Assembly (NCBI GenBank): GCA_032718475.1 | Contig: JAUCBJ010001126.1 | Location: 1-64,000, forward strand | Direction: 5' to 3' | DNA: 64,000 nucleotides | Source: Nemertoderma westbladi | Lineage: Eukaryota > Animalia > Xenacoelomorpha | In this document: positions 12,468 to 24,727 of the stretch, in pieces | Position numbering within the stretch: position 1 is the stretch's first letter | Layout: each line of letters opens with the position of its first letter | Translations under genes and position numbers: made by a program | The notes under the pieces: generated by a model | What the model was told of the DNA's origin: nothing | Seen by the model: the letters and a program-made list of their open reading frames with translations, nothing else | The model's database searches: none

Positions 12468-14243
12468 GGCTCTTCCCTGTAGGACAGCTGGCTGACATGT
12501 GACCTATTTCGCCACACCTAAAAAAAATATCAAAAAAATATAAGTATCAAAGTATTAGCTATGACACTAATAAACCGGATGGATGGAACCGGAAGTATGG
12601 TATAATAAGGAAAGCACCCAAAAAACGTAGTATGTCAAATTTCTTTAATTTATTATTTCTTTATCAATTTATTTATACAGTTGTAGTTTAGTTTAATTTA
12701 TACTTACTTTTATAATGACTTGCAGTAGTTATAAAAAGGTGATGACCACATCCGGCCACTGTGTAACGAGTACCGGTACAGCTAGCTATACTGATTGTGT
12801 AACTGATTGTGTACCGGTACAGCTAGTTTCCACACCACTTTCACAAAGCCGTGCAAAGGGTGTCATTAGTGACACCTTCCCCTGTAGTATAGGCTATATC
12901 TTTACGGAGCCGTACAGTCGTCTACAGTTCCCCAGTCTGCAGCTAGATGGGGAATTGTCTAATAGTGAAAACCTTCTCTAACTTTGTTATTTACAACCCT
13001 TTTAAGCTGAAACTTGGTAGGTATCGACTGCGGCATAGACTGTATCATTACGGAGCCGTAGATTCATCTACACTTCCATAGTCTGCCGGTAGAGGGCGAA
13101 TTGTCTGATAGTAAAAATTTGATCTCATTTAGTTGTTTTAAATCCTTTTGAACTGAAACTTGGTAGGTATCTATTACGGCATAGGCTATATCTTTTACGG
13201 AGTCGCAGAGTAGTCTGAAGTTCCCCTGTCTGCCACTAGAGGGCTAATTGCCTTAAAGTGAAAACCTGATCTAATTTGGTTGTTTTTAATGCTTTTTTGC
13301 TGATAATTGGTAGATGTGTATTAAACCATAGGGTGTATGTCTACGTCTAGGGAGTACGCCAAACAACCTGCAGTTCTCTATTTGACCGCTAGGTGGCGAA
13401 ATGTCTGAAAGTGAAAACCTTCTCCCATTTCGATGTTTATAATGCTGCTCGGCTGATACTTGTCAGAGGTCTACCACACCATAGACAGCGTGTTTGTGGA
13501 GAACTCTGACCAATCTGCAATAGCTATGTCTGCCGCTAGAGGGCGAAATGTCTGAAAGTTAACATATTCTCTAACTTTGTTATTTACAATCCGTTTAGAC
13601 TGAAACTTGTCTAGGCATCTCTTATGGGGACGATGTTTCATTATATGGTGTCTGTTCCGTATGCAGTTCTCCAATCTGTCACTCATTTCTCCACACACTC
13701 ATACTGTATATTATCATCTATACGTCCCTCTTTAATAATTTTCTTTGAACTGAGGTTTTCGAGAGGGCGCTGTTTCCAATAATAGATATATTATTTATTA
13801 CACCATTTTAAACCCTCACCCTCAGCATCACCCTCAACCTCACCCTCAGCCTCACATCCGAGTCATTAGGTCTGCCTCAGACAAGAAATCTGAGGTTGGC
13901 TGCCTCAGACAAGAAATCTGAGGTTGGCTGCCTCAGACAAGAAATCTGAGGTTGTATTGTCAAACATTGAGGTCCAGCAAAGATTGAAAAAGAGCTTGAA
14001 TGAGAGTACATGGTAGACGATCTAATTAATCTTTCATATACGCATACGTTGCTTTCTATCAATTCCCTAATTACCGCTTTTATTTCTTGTGCGATTTCCT
14101 TTCTTATTGTTCAATTATTTTTTCGAGTATTTCCTCATTTTACCCCGATTGGGGGTGTTAATTGATTAAGTGCTGTACTCAGTACTGCAGCAATCAGATA
14201 CCAACTTTTTACTTTAGGCCTATCGGTTTGGGCAGTTGGGAAA

Positions 14244-16652
14244 ATGCTTGGGGAACATGAGCCCAATATTCAGACTACCCCTACCCCAACTGTGCCTCTA
14301 AACACGCCAGGCGGTCCACCGAACGGTCAGTCCACGAATAAAGGTCGAGGCGCTAAGCGTCCTCGAATAAGAAGTAGTGACTCCGCAACACCATCGATTA
14401 ACACCATCCCACCTGGAGATCGGTCAAACTTCGTATTCGGCAATGCGCAAACCTCAGGCCCGGATCAAACCAGCCAAGTTCTACTTCCAACTACCGGTAA
14501 TTATCTCGAGTTGTTACAGTTGATACCAGGGATAAAGGAGGGAGTTGATACATTACAGTTATCGTTTAACGACGCCACGGCTACGATTCATAGCAACTCC
14601 TGGAGGTTAGACTCCTTGCATCGACGCCAGGTTGAAACTGAAAAACTTATATCGAGCCGTTGTCTAATAGTAGCTGGTTTCCCGGAAGGTACAAGCAATG
14701 AAGTACCGGTACTCGAGGATGTGATGGGTGAGTTTATCAGCGGACGACTGGGAGTTCACCAACCACTTAATATTGAGCGAATATTTAGATTGGGACTCCT
14801 GAAACGAAACGCACGCAGTCATCCAATTAAGGTGGAGTTTCTAAGTCTTAAAACGCGGAATTTGGTGCTAGAAGCTGCTCGAAATTGCCTTGGTAAGGAT
14901 TCGTCGATTCGCTTCTCAGAAGATCTGCCAGTTGAGTTACGCCAACAGCGCGACACACTATCCCGACTGGCACGTGAGGCAACCACACTCGGTATGAGTA
15001 GCGCGGTCTGTGGAAACAAGCTTCTCTTGAATGGCAGCTCCATCAGCGGGTGGGAAGTTTATTCATCCCCGAATATAAGTTTATCGGCCATTCTCGGACG
15101 GGGCCAGTACCATTATCCAGCTGTATTGAAACCCTCTACCCCCGAACACCGCCCACCCTACCAACTGAACCAGTTCCACCACGCTCATCCGGTTCGACCA
15201 GTACCACCACCCTCATCTGTGAGGAATAACCCCTATACCGGATCTGGAAACCCATGTTCCGCATCCGCTTTAGACGACCAGCCAGTCTCGGCCGGTAATG
15301 CTTACGGTAACGGTGGTTACATTTCTACCCAGTATACACGACCGCGACCAAGCGCTGCGTATTGCCCTACAGTCTTTCACCCTGGTCGACCAGAACTTCC
15401 AAGCAATATTCGACCAGGTCCACCGCCCAGTGTCAATACCAGATACCGGTACCCTACTATGAGTCAGACTAATGCGCCATCTATCGGAGGTGATGGTGAG
15501 AATGGATGGCAGGTCGTTGTGAACCAAAATAAAAATTCAAGAAAATCCTACCCCGCAGTCCGAGACAGTATGTTATTGAACAACAAATTTGGAGTGCTTA
15601 TGGACCTCGATGATGGTGGTGTGGAAGCGATTACTCAGAGTCAAAATCATACGATCTGCTCTGTACCCAATACCTATATGTCTAGTATTAGTAGAAACGA
15701 TGTACGAATCAGTAGAAGTTTGTATTTAGCTGGTGCTAATGACGATATACCCCATTCTGTTACAGTGAATGATGTACCAAACAGTAGTAGTCAGTTTATA
15801 TCTGGTGCTAATAACGATATACCCCATCCTGTTACGGTGAATGATGTACCAAACAGTAGTAGTCAGTTTATATCTGGTGCTAATAACGATATACCCCATT
15901 CTGTTACGGTGAATGATGAACCAAATAGGAGTAGTCTGTATATAGCTGGTGCTAATGGCGATATATCCCACACTGTTACGATGAATGACGACAGTACTCC
16001 TCATTATGTAATGGTAAATGAAGAAACAAACAGCTCAAATATTTCGACTGGTGTGAATAGTTTTGTCGGAAGTGTGACAGAAAATTATTTTTCAAATAAA
16101 ACCAGTGAAGTAGTGCGCAAAAAATGCGCACGCAGTGACAGTCTGGATACGTGTATAAGTAATCTGCGTATGAGAAACAATATGCCTCCTATACCCAGCT
16201 CAGTTGTAGGTGTGTCTAGTTGTGCAATCAATTATCGCACTAGTGTAGCTACAGCTCCAGCGCATAGTATATCAGTTTCTACTTCTAACAGTATTAGAAG
16301 TTATTCTTATGATAATATCAATGAGTTTCACTGCCCTGATTCCGTCGGCTGTTCTAATGATATAAACTTTCAATTTTCCAATAACTGTAAACCCAGTTCT
16401 AGGAAACCCAAAAACCCAAAAGGCGTTAGTTTTGGCCACTGCCCAAGGGGGCGCAACACAAAGCGTCAAGAATCGACATCGCGCCGCGTTACGCGATCTA
16501 ACTCGGGTAACAGAATAAGCCAACGGTCCCAGAGCAGTGGTATCGTTACCGTTGTAGGAGTGTCTAACATTGCTGTAGGAAATAGTGTAGCCAATCAATG
16601 TGCTCAAACGACTGCAAACCCTCATCAGCCAGACAGCCTCTATCCGGACTAA
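14244..16652 (+). CDS. LINE ORF1 (coiled coil plus L1-type RRM region, long disordered tail with 24-aa repeats)
   Basis: RCLIVAGFPE...IERIFRLG...PIKVEFLSLKTRNLVL...IRFSEDLPVELRQQR is the typical ORF1 RRM/CTD signature. Confidence 0.8.
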   Translation: MLGEHEPNIQTTPTPTVPLNTPGGPPNGQSTNKGRGAKRPRIRSSDSATPSINTIPPGDRSNFVFGNAQTSGPDQTSQVLLPTTGNYLELLQLIPGIKEGVDTLQLSFNDATATIHSNSWRLDSLHRRQVETEKLISSRCLIVAGFPEGTSNEVPVLEDVMGEFISGRLGVHQPLNIERIFRLGLLKRNARSHPIKVEFLSLKTRNLVLEAARNCLGKDSSIRFSEDLPVELRQQRDTLSRLAREATTLGMSSAVCGNKLLLNGSSISGWEVYSSPNISLSAILGRGQYHYPAVLKPSTPEHRPPYQLNQFHHAHPVRPVPPPSSVRNNPYTGSGNPCSASALDDQPVSAGNAYGNGGYISTQYTRPRPSAAYCPTVFHPGRPELPSNIRPGPPPSVNTRYRYPTMSQTNAPSIGGDGENGWQVVVNQNKNSRKSYPAVRDSMLLNNKFGVLMDLDDGGVEAITQSQNHTICSVPNTYMSSISRNDVRISRSLYLAGANDDIPHSVTVNDVPNSSSQFISGANNDIPHPVTVNDVPNSSSQFISGANNDIPHSVTVNDEPNRSSLYIAGANGDISHTVTMNDDSTPHYVMVNEETNSSNISTGVNSFVGSVTENYFSNKTSEVVRKKCARSDSLDTCISNLRMRNNMPPIPSSVVGVSSCAINYRTSVATAPAHSISVSTSNSIRSYSYDNINEFHCPDSVGCSNDINFQFSNNCKPSSRKPKNPKGVSFGHCPRGRNTKRQESTSRRVTRSNSGNRISQRSQSSGIVTVVGVSNIAVGNSVANQCAQTTANPHQPDSLYPD

Positions 16653-19600
16653 ATAACGCTTCTGAAAATGACTTACAACATGGGACAGAACCCAACAATT
16701 CAATTTTATCACGACAAAATTGGAATGAATTTCAACCTAAATTTTCTATTGGCCTTTTGAACGTTGAGGGTTTGCTTTCTAAGCTAGAGGATCCAAATTT
16801 TTGTGATGTTATAAATAGGTACGATTTTTTCATCTGCACTGAGACATGGCTGAACCCATCAGCTAAGAAAAAAGTTTTTCTAGCAGGTTATGAATCTTTC
16901 TCTGCTACCAGAGCCACAAAGCATCCAAATGCTAAACGTTTTGATGGCGGGGTAACTATTTTAGTAAAAAACAACTTAGCCAGTTTCATTTCTCCGCTTG
17001 ATGGTCTGGATAGTGAATACATAGTGGGTTTAAAATTAGACGCAAATAAGTTACACATTGAACGCGATATTATTCTGTTCTCAGTTTATATCCCGCCTTC
17101 CGGTTCACATGCTGGTGCAGGTGACCCATCATCTCTCTTTGACATTCTGCAGGATGTTATTGCCAGTTATAGTAGTGGTAGTGATGTTATTGTAGTGGGA
17201 GACTTTAATGGTAGGACAGGGACCGAACCAGATTACATAATTGGGGATGCCATTACTACAGGTGCGCTTGACAGTCTACTGCCTCCAGACTACTCATACG
17301 ACGATGGTGACTTTGTGTTGCCTAGCATCCAGAAGGTTAGAGTAAACCAGGACAAGGTAGTTAATAATTTCGGACATAGACTCTTATCACTGTGTATGTC
17401 AACAGGGTTGCGTATCCTGAATGGCAGGATGGATAAAGATGCAACTGTCGGCAAGTGTACTTTCCATTCGGTAGGAAATAATATGACACGTAGGTCCACA
17501 ATTGACTATGTTCTTTGCTCAAAGGATTTGCTTGGTAGATGTTCCTCATTTTCCATTGACGACCCAAATATTTTTTCCCACCACTCATTACTTTCTGCAT
17601 CATTTGTAGAACAGTCCGCTACAATCTCTGATGCAGAACATGAGGACACAACAGACTATAGAGTAGAGAATAGTGAAGTGAATAATAGAACTAGTAAGCT
17701 AATATGGAAGGACTCCCGTAAACAAGCCTTTGTAAGTGACCTTGAATCAGTGGACATGCAATCGCGTTTGGGGGACATTCAGGATTCTCTGACAGGTGGT
17801 ATCTATTCAGCCGACTTAATTGAAAGTGCGACCCAACTGTTGTGTGACTGCATCACAGATACCGCAACTAAGTATTTTAAGGTTAGAGGTAACAACAATA
17901 GCAGTATGCATACTATCGATGCACCTTGGTATAAGGACGAGTGTTGTGAACGACTGCACGATTTTCGTAGAGCCCTTAATCATTGGTGTACCAGTAAATC
18001 GCCTGAATCGTTTACAATCCTATCAAAATCTCGTAGTATCTATCATAGAACATTGCGTCAATCTAAGGCACAATTCCGGCTGGATCAGTCTAATAAGTTG
18101 GAATCCTTGAGATGTTCAGAATCTAAAAAATTCTGGAAACTGTTAGCTAAGGCGTCTGGAAATTCTAGTTCTGCAGGCAGTACTAATAAACTTACACTCA
18201 AGGATTTTGAGACCCATTTTCGTAGTTTAATCGACACGTCATCCACTTTTCAGGATATGGGCATCGAACCCGATCCTGAAATTGATCCTCAGTTCAGTAG
18301 ATCCATCCTTGAAGGCGAAGTGTCACAACCAATTTCCCTAGACGAACTCATTTCCGCAGTTAGTAAATTGAAACGCAACAAAGCTCCCGGTGTAGATCTT
18401 CTCTTATCCGAGTTTTTCATTGAGGCCAAGGAAGCTCTATTCCCTACAATCCATACTCTTTTTAATGCTGTATTGTATTCTGGACACTTCCCGCGTGCTT
18501 GGACAACTGCATTGGTCACCCCAATTTATAAAAAGAAAGGCAGCAGCTTAGATACAAACAATTACCGCGGTATATCGTTGCTTAGTACTCTTGGTAAACT
18601 GTTTACAACCATATTGAACACACGCTTGTTTAGCAGAGAAGGTCTTCAATGTGCACTTGATATTCTGGGTCACTATACAGACTACTGGGCTCTTAAGGTT
18701 AACTTGGATAAAACAAATATAATAATCTTCCGACGCGGTGGGACCTCTGCAGTACTAGACAGATGGACATATAAGGGATGCCCTGTGAAGGTTGTCTCGT
18801 CATATACCTATTTAGGGGTTGAGTTCTCTTCCTCAGGAAGCTTCTTTGTCGCACAGAAGTCCCTTGCATCGAAAGCCAATAAAGCTCTGTTTTCTCTATA
18901 CAAGTACCTAAGCCATTTTTTGAACATTTCATTTGACCTTCGTATAAAACTATTCTCAACTCTTATAATACCAATTTTGAACTACGGTGCAGAAGTTTGG
19001 GGTTTTCACGCAGGGAGAGAGATTGAACGAGTCCAACTATCTTTTCTTAAACGCATAATTGGTGTGAAATCGAGTACACCGAATTTTATGGTATACGGCG
19101 AGTCAGGTGTAATTCCATTGGCTGTTTACAGGAAATTTATAATACTGAAGTTTTGGGTTCGCCTTCTATCATTGTCTAACAATCCTTAAGTAAACGAATT
19201 TATCTTGAACTATACAAAGACGCAACTGCAAGTAGATCCACTGTGAATTGGGCCTCTAGGGTCAGAGACACGTTAAATGGGTTAGGATTGAGTTGGGCTT
19301 GGGAGGTACAAGAGGTTGAGGATCGAAATAGTTTTTTAGGATTAGTCAAACGGATTTTATCTGACCAGTTCGTACAGGCCTGGTGGGCAAACATAAACGG
19401 GTCACCTAAGGGGAGACTCTACATTAAAGATCGGTTTGGTACAGAACTGTATTTGAACTCTCTGAAAAGTTTCCCCTCCTTAAAGCTGGCGCTAGCCCGC
19501 CTGCGGTGCTCAAGCCACAGGTTGCAAGTGGAGGTAGGCCGGTGGGAGCGACAGGAGCCTTCCGAGAGATTGTGTCGAATCTGTAACTCTGGAGAAATTG

Positions 19601-19800
19601 AGGATGAACTTCATTTTTTACTGATTTGTCCCGCATACAGAGAACTAAGAATAGAATTTATTAAAATGTATTATCAATTATTTCCATCCCTTTTTAAGTA
19701 CCGCAAATTATTATCATCCCAGTCCAGATCTGAAGTAAAAAATCTATCTATCTTTATTAGTAAGGCTACCAAACTTAGAAATACATTGTTATTGCTATAA
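16598..19800 (+). pseudogene. LINE ORF2 (APE endonuclease, truncated RT, C-terminal CCHC)
   Basis: LLNVEGL, TETWL, VGDFNGRTG, STIDY, SHHSLL (APE); KAPGVD, NYRGISLL then a jump to REGLQ with no YADD block; frameshift ~19185; RLCRICNSGEIEDELHFLLICP. Confidence 0.88.
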
Positions 19801-20410
19801 TCGAATATGTAACTTAACCTATATCAATAAAATTGTAACTACTCAAATCTATGATGTATAATATATGTTGTTATTTCTTTATGCATTGTGCATCTGAGAA
19901 TTGTATTTTTCTTTTTTTTTTATTGGCGCTGGAGCTGACAATGTTTTATGTTTATGTAGTCCAGTAATCGTGTGCTGTCAACTTATAGCATCAATAATGC
20001 TAGTTGTTCTAATATACGTACGACTCTAATAGTTTTAATTAATAAAAAAAATTGAATTGCTAATTACTTATTATTATTATTGAATGTAAAGAATAGTTAA
20101 AATGAATGTGGGTCAATGTGTGGTTTGATTTTAACGAACTACACGACACTACTAGGTGTGAATGGATTGTAACAAACTATACGACACTAGGTGTAAATGG
20201 ATTGGAACAAACTACACGACAATAGTTTAACAATAATTGAGTCACACCTATCATCGAAAATTTGGAATCATAATATTTTGTTACATTATATATATTGTAC
20301 ATTATCTATTAATACATATAGCAATATAATTGTAATTTCTTTATTCTAAGTGAAGGCTATTTATTCATTTAATCATTCTTCATTCATTCCTACCTGTCAC
20401 AATATTATGC

Positions 20411-20798
20411 TAACTTTAAGGTAAACACTAGAGTCTTACACCCTTTAACTACAAAAAAATATAGAATCAGGACATTAAGCCCAAAATACCTTCCAGACCC
20501 TAAGGCCATCAAGACCTAGGGTTAGGGTTGCGATACATACTTGTATGTGGAGCATGGTATAATATATTTTGTTTGTGTTTTTTGTTTGTTTTGTTTTGTG
20601 TTCCTTGATGGCCTTAGGGTCTGGAAGGTATTTTGGGCTTAATGTCCTGATACTATATTTTTGTTTGTGTTTTTTGTTTGTTTTGTTTTGTGTTCCTTGA
20701 TGGCCTTAGGGTCTGGAAGGTATTTTGGGCTTAATGTCCTGATTCTATATTTTTTTGTAGTTAAAGGGTGTAAGACTCTAGTGTTTACCTTAAAGTTA
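20411..20798. mobile_element. MITE/foldback with ~100-bp terminal inverted repeats
   Basis: taactttaaggtaaacactagagtcttacaccc...aaggccatcaag pairs with cttgatggcctt...gtgtttaccttaaagtta; internal tandem duplication; absent from copy 2. Confidence 0.85.
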
Positions 20799-21305
20799 AT
20801 ATATACATCACAACCCCCTGTTAGTCAGTATGTCGGTACATTCAATTATCACAATAGTATGCAGCGTAGACCTTATTATTATCGTCTGCCCTATTAGTAT
20901 ATATTGTACAGAATTGTATAATTGCAGAATCAACAACAGTAGTATAGAAAACCGATAAATGAGAACACCAACTACCCCCAGGTTAAAGTTTACTACTTAT
21001 AATGCATGTGGAGCTATTTCAATAAGCAAATAATAGGTTCTCATACGCTGATCAAAGGTCATTGTAGATAAAAAATGAGAATGTATGAGTAGGTTTTGGT
21101 TTGGAAACTAAGGTATTGAAACCTCCTTAATATATGATTTATATTGATATTCAAGTGCTCATGCCATGAGCACTTTACCAAAGTATTGAAAGGTATCAAG
21201 GAAAGGTTAAGTACCAAGGTATTGAAAGTTAATTAAAGTAATTTTTATAATGACTTGCATTCTATATAGTTTACAATAATAATATAATATAATATTTAAA
21301 TCATA

Positions 21306-21875
21306 TTAAATAGGTGTAAATTTCCAACCTAAGATTTTAAAAATTATTTTGCAAATATCATTGTGAAACTCTTTAGCATTTTTTGTTTTTAATATAGTAA
21401 AATTTTCAATATTGCAGGGGTGTTCATGCCTACATAGAAACTGAAACAATAAGTACTGTAAACTGAGAAAGTTCTTGCGTTGTATATGCAGTTTATTATA
21501 TTCCACAATGAATCTATTGAAATCACATAAGAGTTTTGTTTCTAAATGACTAATATTGTCTATTTGATTATTAGTAATAACTTGATAAATAAAATTAGCA
21601 TTCTTGTAATGTTTAGCATAATTTATTTCTTTTAAACATCTTGTTATATCTTTTCTTGTTATAGAAGAGTACCTATTTTCATAATACTCAACCAATAGAT
21701 TGTTCTCTTGAAATTTTTTTGTTATCTCTCTCAATAAATGATCTGAAATTCTACAAAATTGTAGTCCTTGATACTGTCTCATGCAAGATTTGAAATAAGC
21801 TTCTCTACTATATTTAAACTTAGTAATATGTTTATTATAATTATTATTATTATAAGAAGAATATAAAAGTTCCAT
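21306..21875 (-). CDS. NCLDV (iridovirus-like) late transcription factor VLTF3 homolog, N-terminally shortened; endogenous viral element
   Basis: KYSREAYFKSCMRQYQGLQ...ITRKDITRCLKEINYAKHYKNANFIY..IT...ISHLETKLLCDF...RKNFLSLQYLLFQFL.RH.HPC..ENFTILKT...HNDICKIIFKILGWKFTPI reproduces the Pox_VLTF3 motif order; intronless and very AT-rich. Confidence 0.85.
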   Translation of the reverse strand: MELLYSSYNNNNYNKHITKFKYSREAYFKSCMRQYQGLQFCRISDHLLREITKKFQENNLLVEYYENRYSSITRKDITRCLKEINYAKHYKNANFIYQVITNNQIDNISHLETKLLCDFNRFIVEYNKLHIQRKNFLSLQYLLFQFLCRHEHPCNIENFTILKTKNAKEFHNDICKIIFKILGWKFTPI

Positions 21876-22236
21876 GAATTCTTTTACCAGACTGACATTA
21901 AGATTTCAACTACTTTTTAGATTTCAACTACTTGTTTACACCGATTTATCACAAATTATCATCATTTTCACCAAATTTTTCGCTTAAAAATGGATGGATT
22001 CCATTTTCCTGAAAGTTGTTCACATGTTCTGACAATATGGTTGGAAGTTCATACATATATACACCATGTCCCGTAATATAGTATCATAACTCGATGACAC
22101 GACCCGCACCCCCCCCTAATTTTTCTACAAATCTCATATCATATTTCATGAAATTTGAGGCAATTACTTTCAGTTTGAAAACCCTTATCATAATTAATTA
22201 GTCTGTTGTTTGGCCTATGTAATATAATAATATAAT

Positions 22237-22482
22237 ATTGGTTATTTATATAGCGCTTTTCCACGCTCAGCATACTCAAAGCGCTTTTTTTTATTATCAT
22301 TACCCCAGCAAAGCCAGGTTCCCATTATACCGCTGGGTTGACGTAGGCACTAATGTCTAAAGTGTCTTGCCTAGGGACACAACAGTGCGAGATTTCTACA
22401 GCCTTTAGTCGGATTCGAACCTGCGTCACCAAACACTATTGTGTAAGCAGTTCAGGCGCCGTATCCACTCGGACATTGCGAC
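22237..22482 (-). mobile_element. tRNA-derived SINE with an L2-type 3' tail
   Basis: Minus strand: A box TGTCCGAGTGG, B box GGTTCGAATCC, central GTGTCCCTAGGCAAGACACTT, tail AAAGCGCTTTGAG...AAAAGCGCTATATAAAT. Confidence 0.8.
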
Positions 22483-23595
22483 ATGTAAACATGTTTGTCA
22501 GTCAGTAAGTCATGAATATCTTGCTTGTCGACAGGCAGGAGCGTGCTGGGGTTTGGGGGCCCCCAGGGGATTCAGGACTCAGGGGCTGATCCAGGAATTT
22601 TTGCGAAGTGGATCGATGGGGAGCGCAGAGCGATCTGCAGATACTGTAGCGCAAATCGAAGGATTGCGCATAAAATTGACAATGTTGTGGGTGCAATTGA
22701 ATGCTCTATCTTTGACCGAGATACCAGGTTTCTTTCTCTCGACCACCTATGTACTTTTTCTCGTCACAGATACAAATAAATATTCATTTTGTGTCGCTAA
22801 ACAGGTAATATAATGCGCATCGCACTCAGAATGAATACAACAAGGGCTTCCCAGCCTGGTTTTGCCGCCATGTTGCATTGTACGTTCTGGTTATTCAGCA
22901 ATGTAATCAACATTTAAGTACATCAGTAGTAAAATCTGGCTGCCAACCTGTGCAACAGCTGCGCTGTGCACTTGCTGTTTAGTAGACCTAGTGCCTATGC
23001 TACAGTATTTCTTTTACTCTATGCACAGATCAGTCTGCAAACTATGGCAAATTTCGGCAAGATCTTGGGCCTGCAGGAAGGAAAATTAGAGCGTGCACGG
23101 CGTACACATGCAATCAGAGTATCAGTATGCACATGTGCACCCATGGAATTACAGCGTGAACGCCATGTATGCAAGTATAGAGTGCACGCATGTAATCAGA
23201 GTACATGCACGTGTGCAGGTGCAGGTGCACCCATGGAATTACAGCGTGCACTCCGTATGCAAATATAGAGTGCACGCATGTAATCAGAGTATGCACGTGT
23301 GCACCCATTCAATTAAATCTTTTTTTGCGCTTGCAAGGCCTGCACATCGTTTTGGCGTGTGAGCACCGTGAAAACCCCCGACTCGGCTGCCATATTAAAC
23401 AGTTTTAACTAGTGAGTTAAACAAATGTAAAGCTAATGAGAAGCTGATGTTTGGGAACTCACTCAGGTATCTCTGTACCGGTATTGAAAAATATGCTCAG
23501 CTACCGGTATGTCACCCTTGTCAGCCTATAAACGAATAAACTTCAGTACTTACATCATTATAATTATAATAATAATAATAATTGTTATTATCTAA

Positions 23596-24654
23596 ATGGC
23601 ATCAAGAAATATGAATGATATTCATACCCACAATCATTATGAAGCCCTGTCGGACTCTATAGATGGAACTAGAATAGAAATAGAAGACGAGCGGGTGCTG
23701 GTAAATGAAAACATCCAACACGTAGATTCTATGCTTGCAAATCTACCAGCGATCATTGATGAACGGATTCGAAAATCACTACATGGAACTACTGAGTCAA
23801 GCAATATTGATGATTCGGTCCTCATAGAACGGGTTTCACAGGAGGTCTACTGCGGTGTCAACATGGATGTATACGCTCTTCGGAACGAACTCGAGAAGTC
23901 ACTGATTAGACTGGACCAATTCTCCCAACGCATCGATCGTACTGATGCGTCGCTGGACGATCTGGAACAGTATTCGAGACGGAACTGTCTGCTGATTCAT
24001 GGATTCGCTGTCCAAGATAACCGGGGTGATATGGATGCGACAGCAAAGGAGATACTCGCTTTTCTACAGAGTAAACTGGATGTTGATTTGTGTCTTGCTG
24101 ACATCGATCGTTGCCACAATATAAAGCCGCGTATAAATGGAGATTCGGAACAAAAACTGTCAATCATTAAATTCACTAACTATCGTGCCAAAGCAAAGGT
24201 CCTACAGAAACGCAAGAGCCTCAAAGGAACCAAGGTTTTTATTTCGGAAAGCCTCACCAAACGTCGTGCTGCACTACTGAAGGAAGCCAAGGCGAAGGGT
24301 GGTATGCGTTCTGCTTGGTCAGTCGACGGCCGAATCCTGGTATCAACTTCCTCGGGATCAATTCTTACCATCACCTCGAGGAAAGATATTGATCACTGGA
24401 CCCCGAGTTCCACCACGTCACCTTCCACTGTTGGTAAATCAACGAAGTCTGTGGCGTCGGCTAAATCTGAGAATAAGTCTTCGTCTGGTTCTAAATCGAA
24501 GTCGGCTCCTAAGACGCAGTCTACTACAAGGATGGAAACAAAGTCTGACACTAACCGTAAGTCGACTGCAGCATCTAAATCGAAGAAGAAGATAACTAAA
24601 GCTCTGAGTAGTAGCACTATTACGGTGTCTACTTCAACCCCTGACAGGGAATAA
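23596..24654 (+). CDS. LINE ORF1 protein
   Basis: LDDLEQYSRRNCLLIHG...DIDRCH...IIKFTNYRAK..VL..RK.LKGTKVFISESLTKRRAALL...SAWSVDGRI. Confidence 0.9.
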   Translation: MASRNMNDIHTHNHYEALSDSIDGTRIEIEDERVLVNENIQHVDSMLANLPAIIDERIRKSLHGTTESSNIDDSVLIERVSQEVYCGVNMDVYALRNELEKSLIRLDQFSQRIDRTDASLDDLEQYSRRNCLLIHGFAVQDNRGDMDATAKEILAFLQSKLDVDLCLADIDRCHNIKPRINGDSEQKLSIIKFTNYRAKAKVLQKRKSLKGTKVFISESLTKRRAALLKEAKAKGGMRSAWSVDGRILVSTSSGSILTITSRKDIDHWTPSSTTSPSTVGKSTKSVASAKSENKSSSGSKSKSAPKTQSTTRMETKSDTNRKSTAASKSKKKITKALSSSTITVSTSTPDRE

Positions 24655-24727
24655 GTGTAGTTAATACCTGTCTGTATGGTATTAATAGTGAAAGTTTTAA
24701 TTTCATAATTATATAGTCTAGTTAATT

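Larger units (their letters stand above)
14170..20037 (+). mobile_element. Two-ORF LINE (RTEX-like, clade tentative) with an internal RT deletion
   Basis: Absent from copy 2 (ttgattaataaaa at ~38380); flanked by ATTAA (14165-14169, 20038-20042); carries ORF1 and an APE/RT ORF2. Confidence 0.85.
3711..20937 (+). repeat. Copy 1 of a ~4.3 kb non-coding duplicated unit, interrupted by an LTR element, a LINE and a foldback
   Basis: 3711-5781, 12468-14169, 20038-20410 and 20849-20937 align at high identity to 33497-38827. Confidence 0.9.

Noticed and set aside
14165-20042. piggyBac insertion suggested by TTAA at both junctions
   Set aside because: No TIRs or transposase; the content is a LINE.
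3711-20937. TIRs on the duplicated unit (tctgcaat / attgcaga)
   Set aside because: Only 8 bp, not at the exact ends and without a TSD; compatible with chance.
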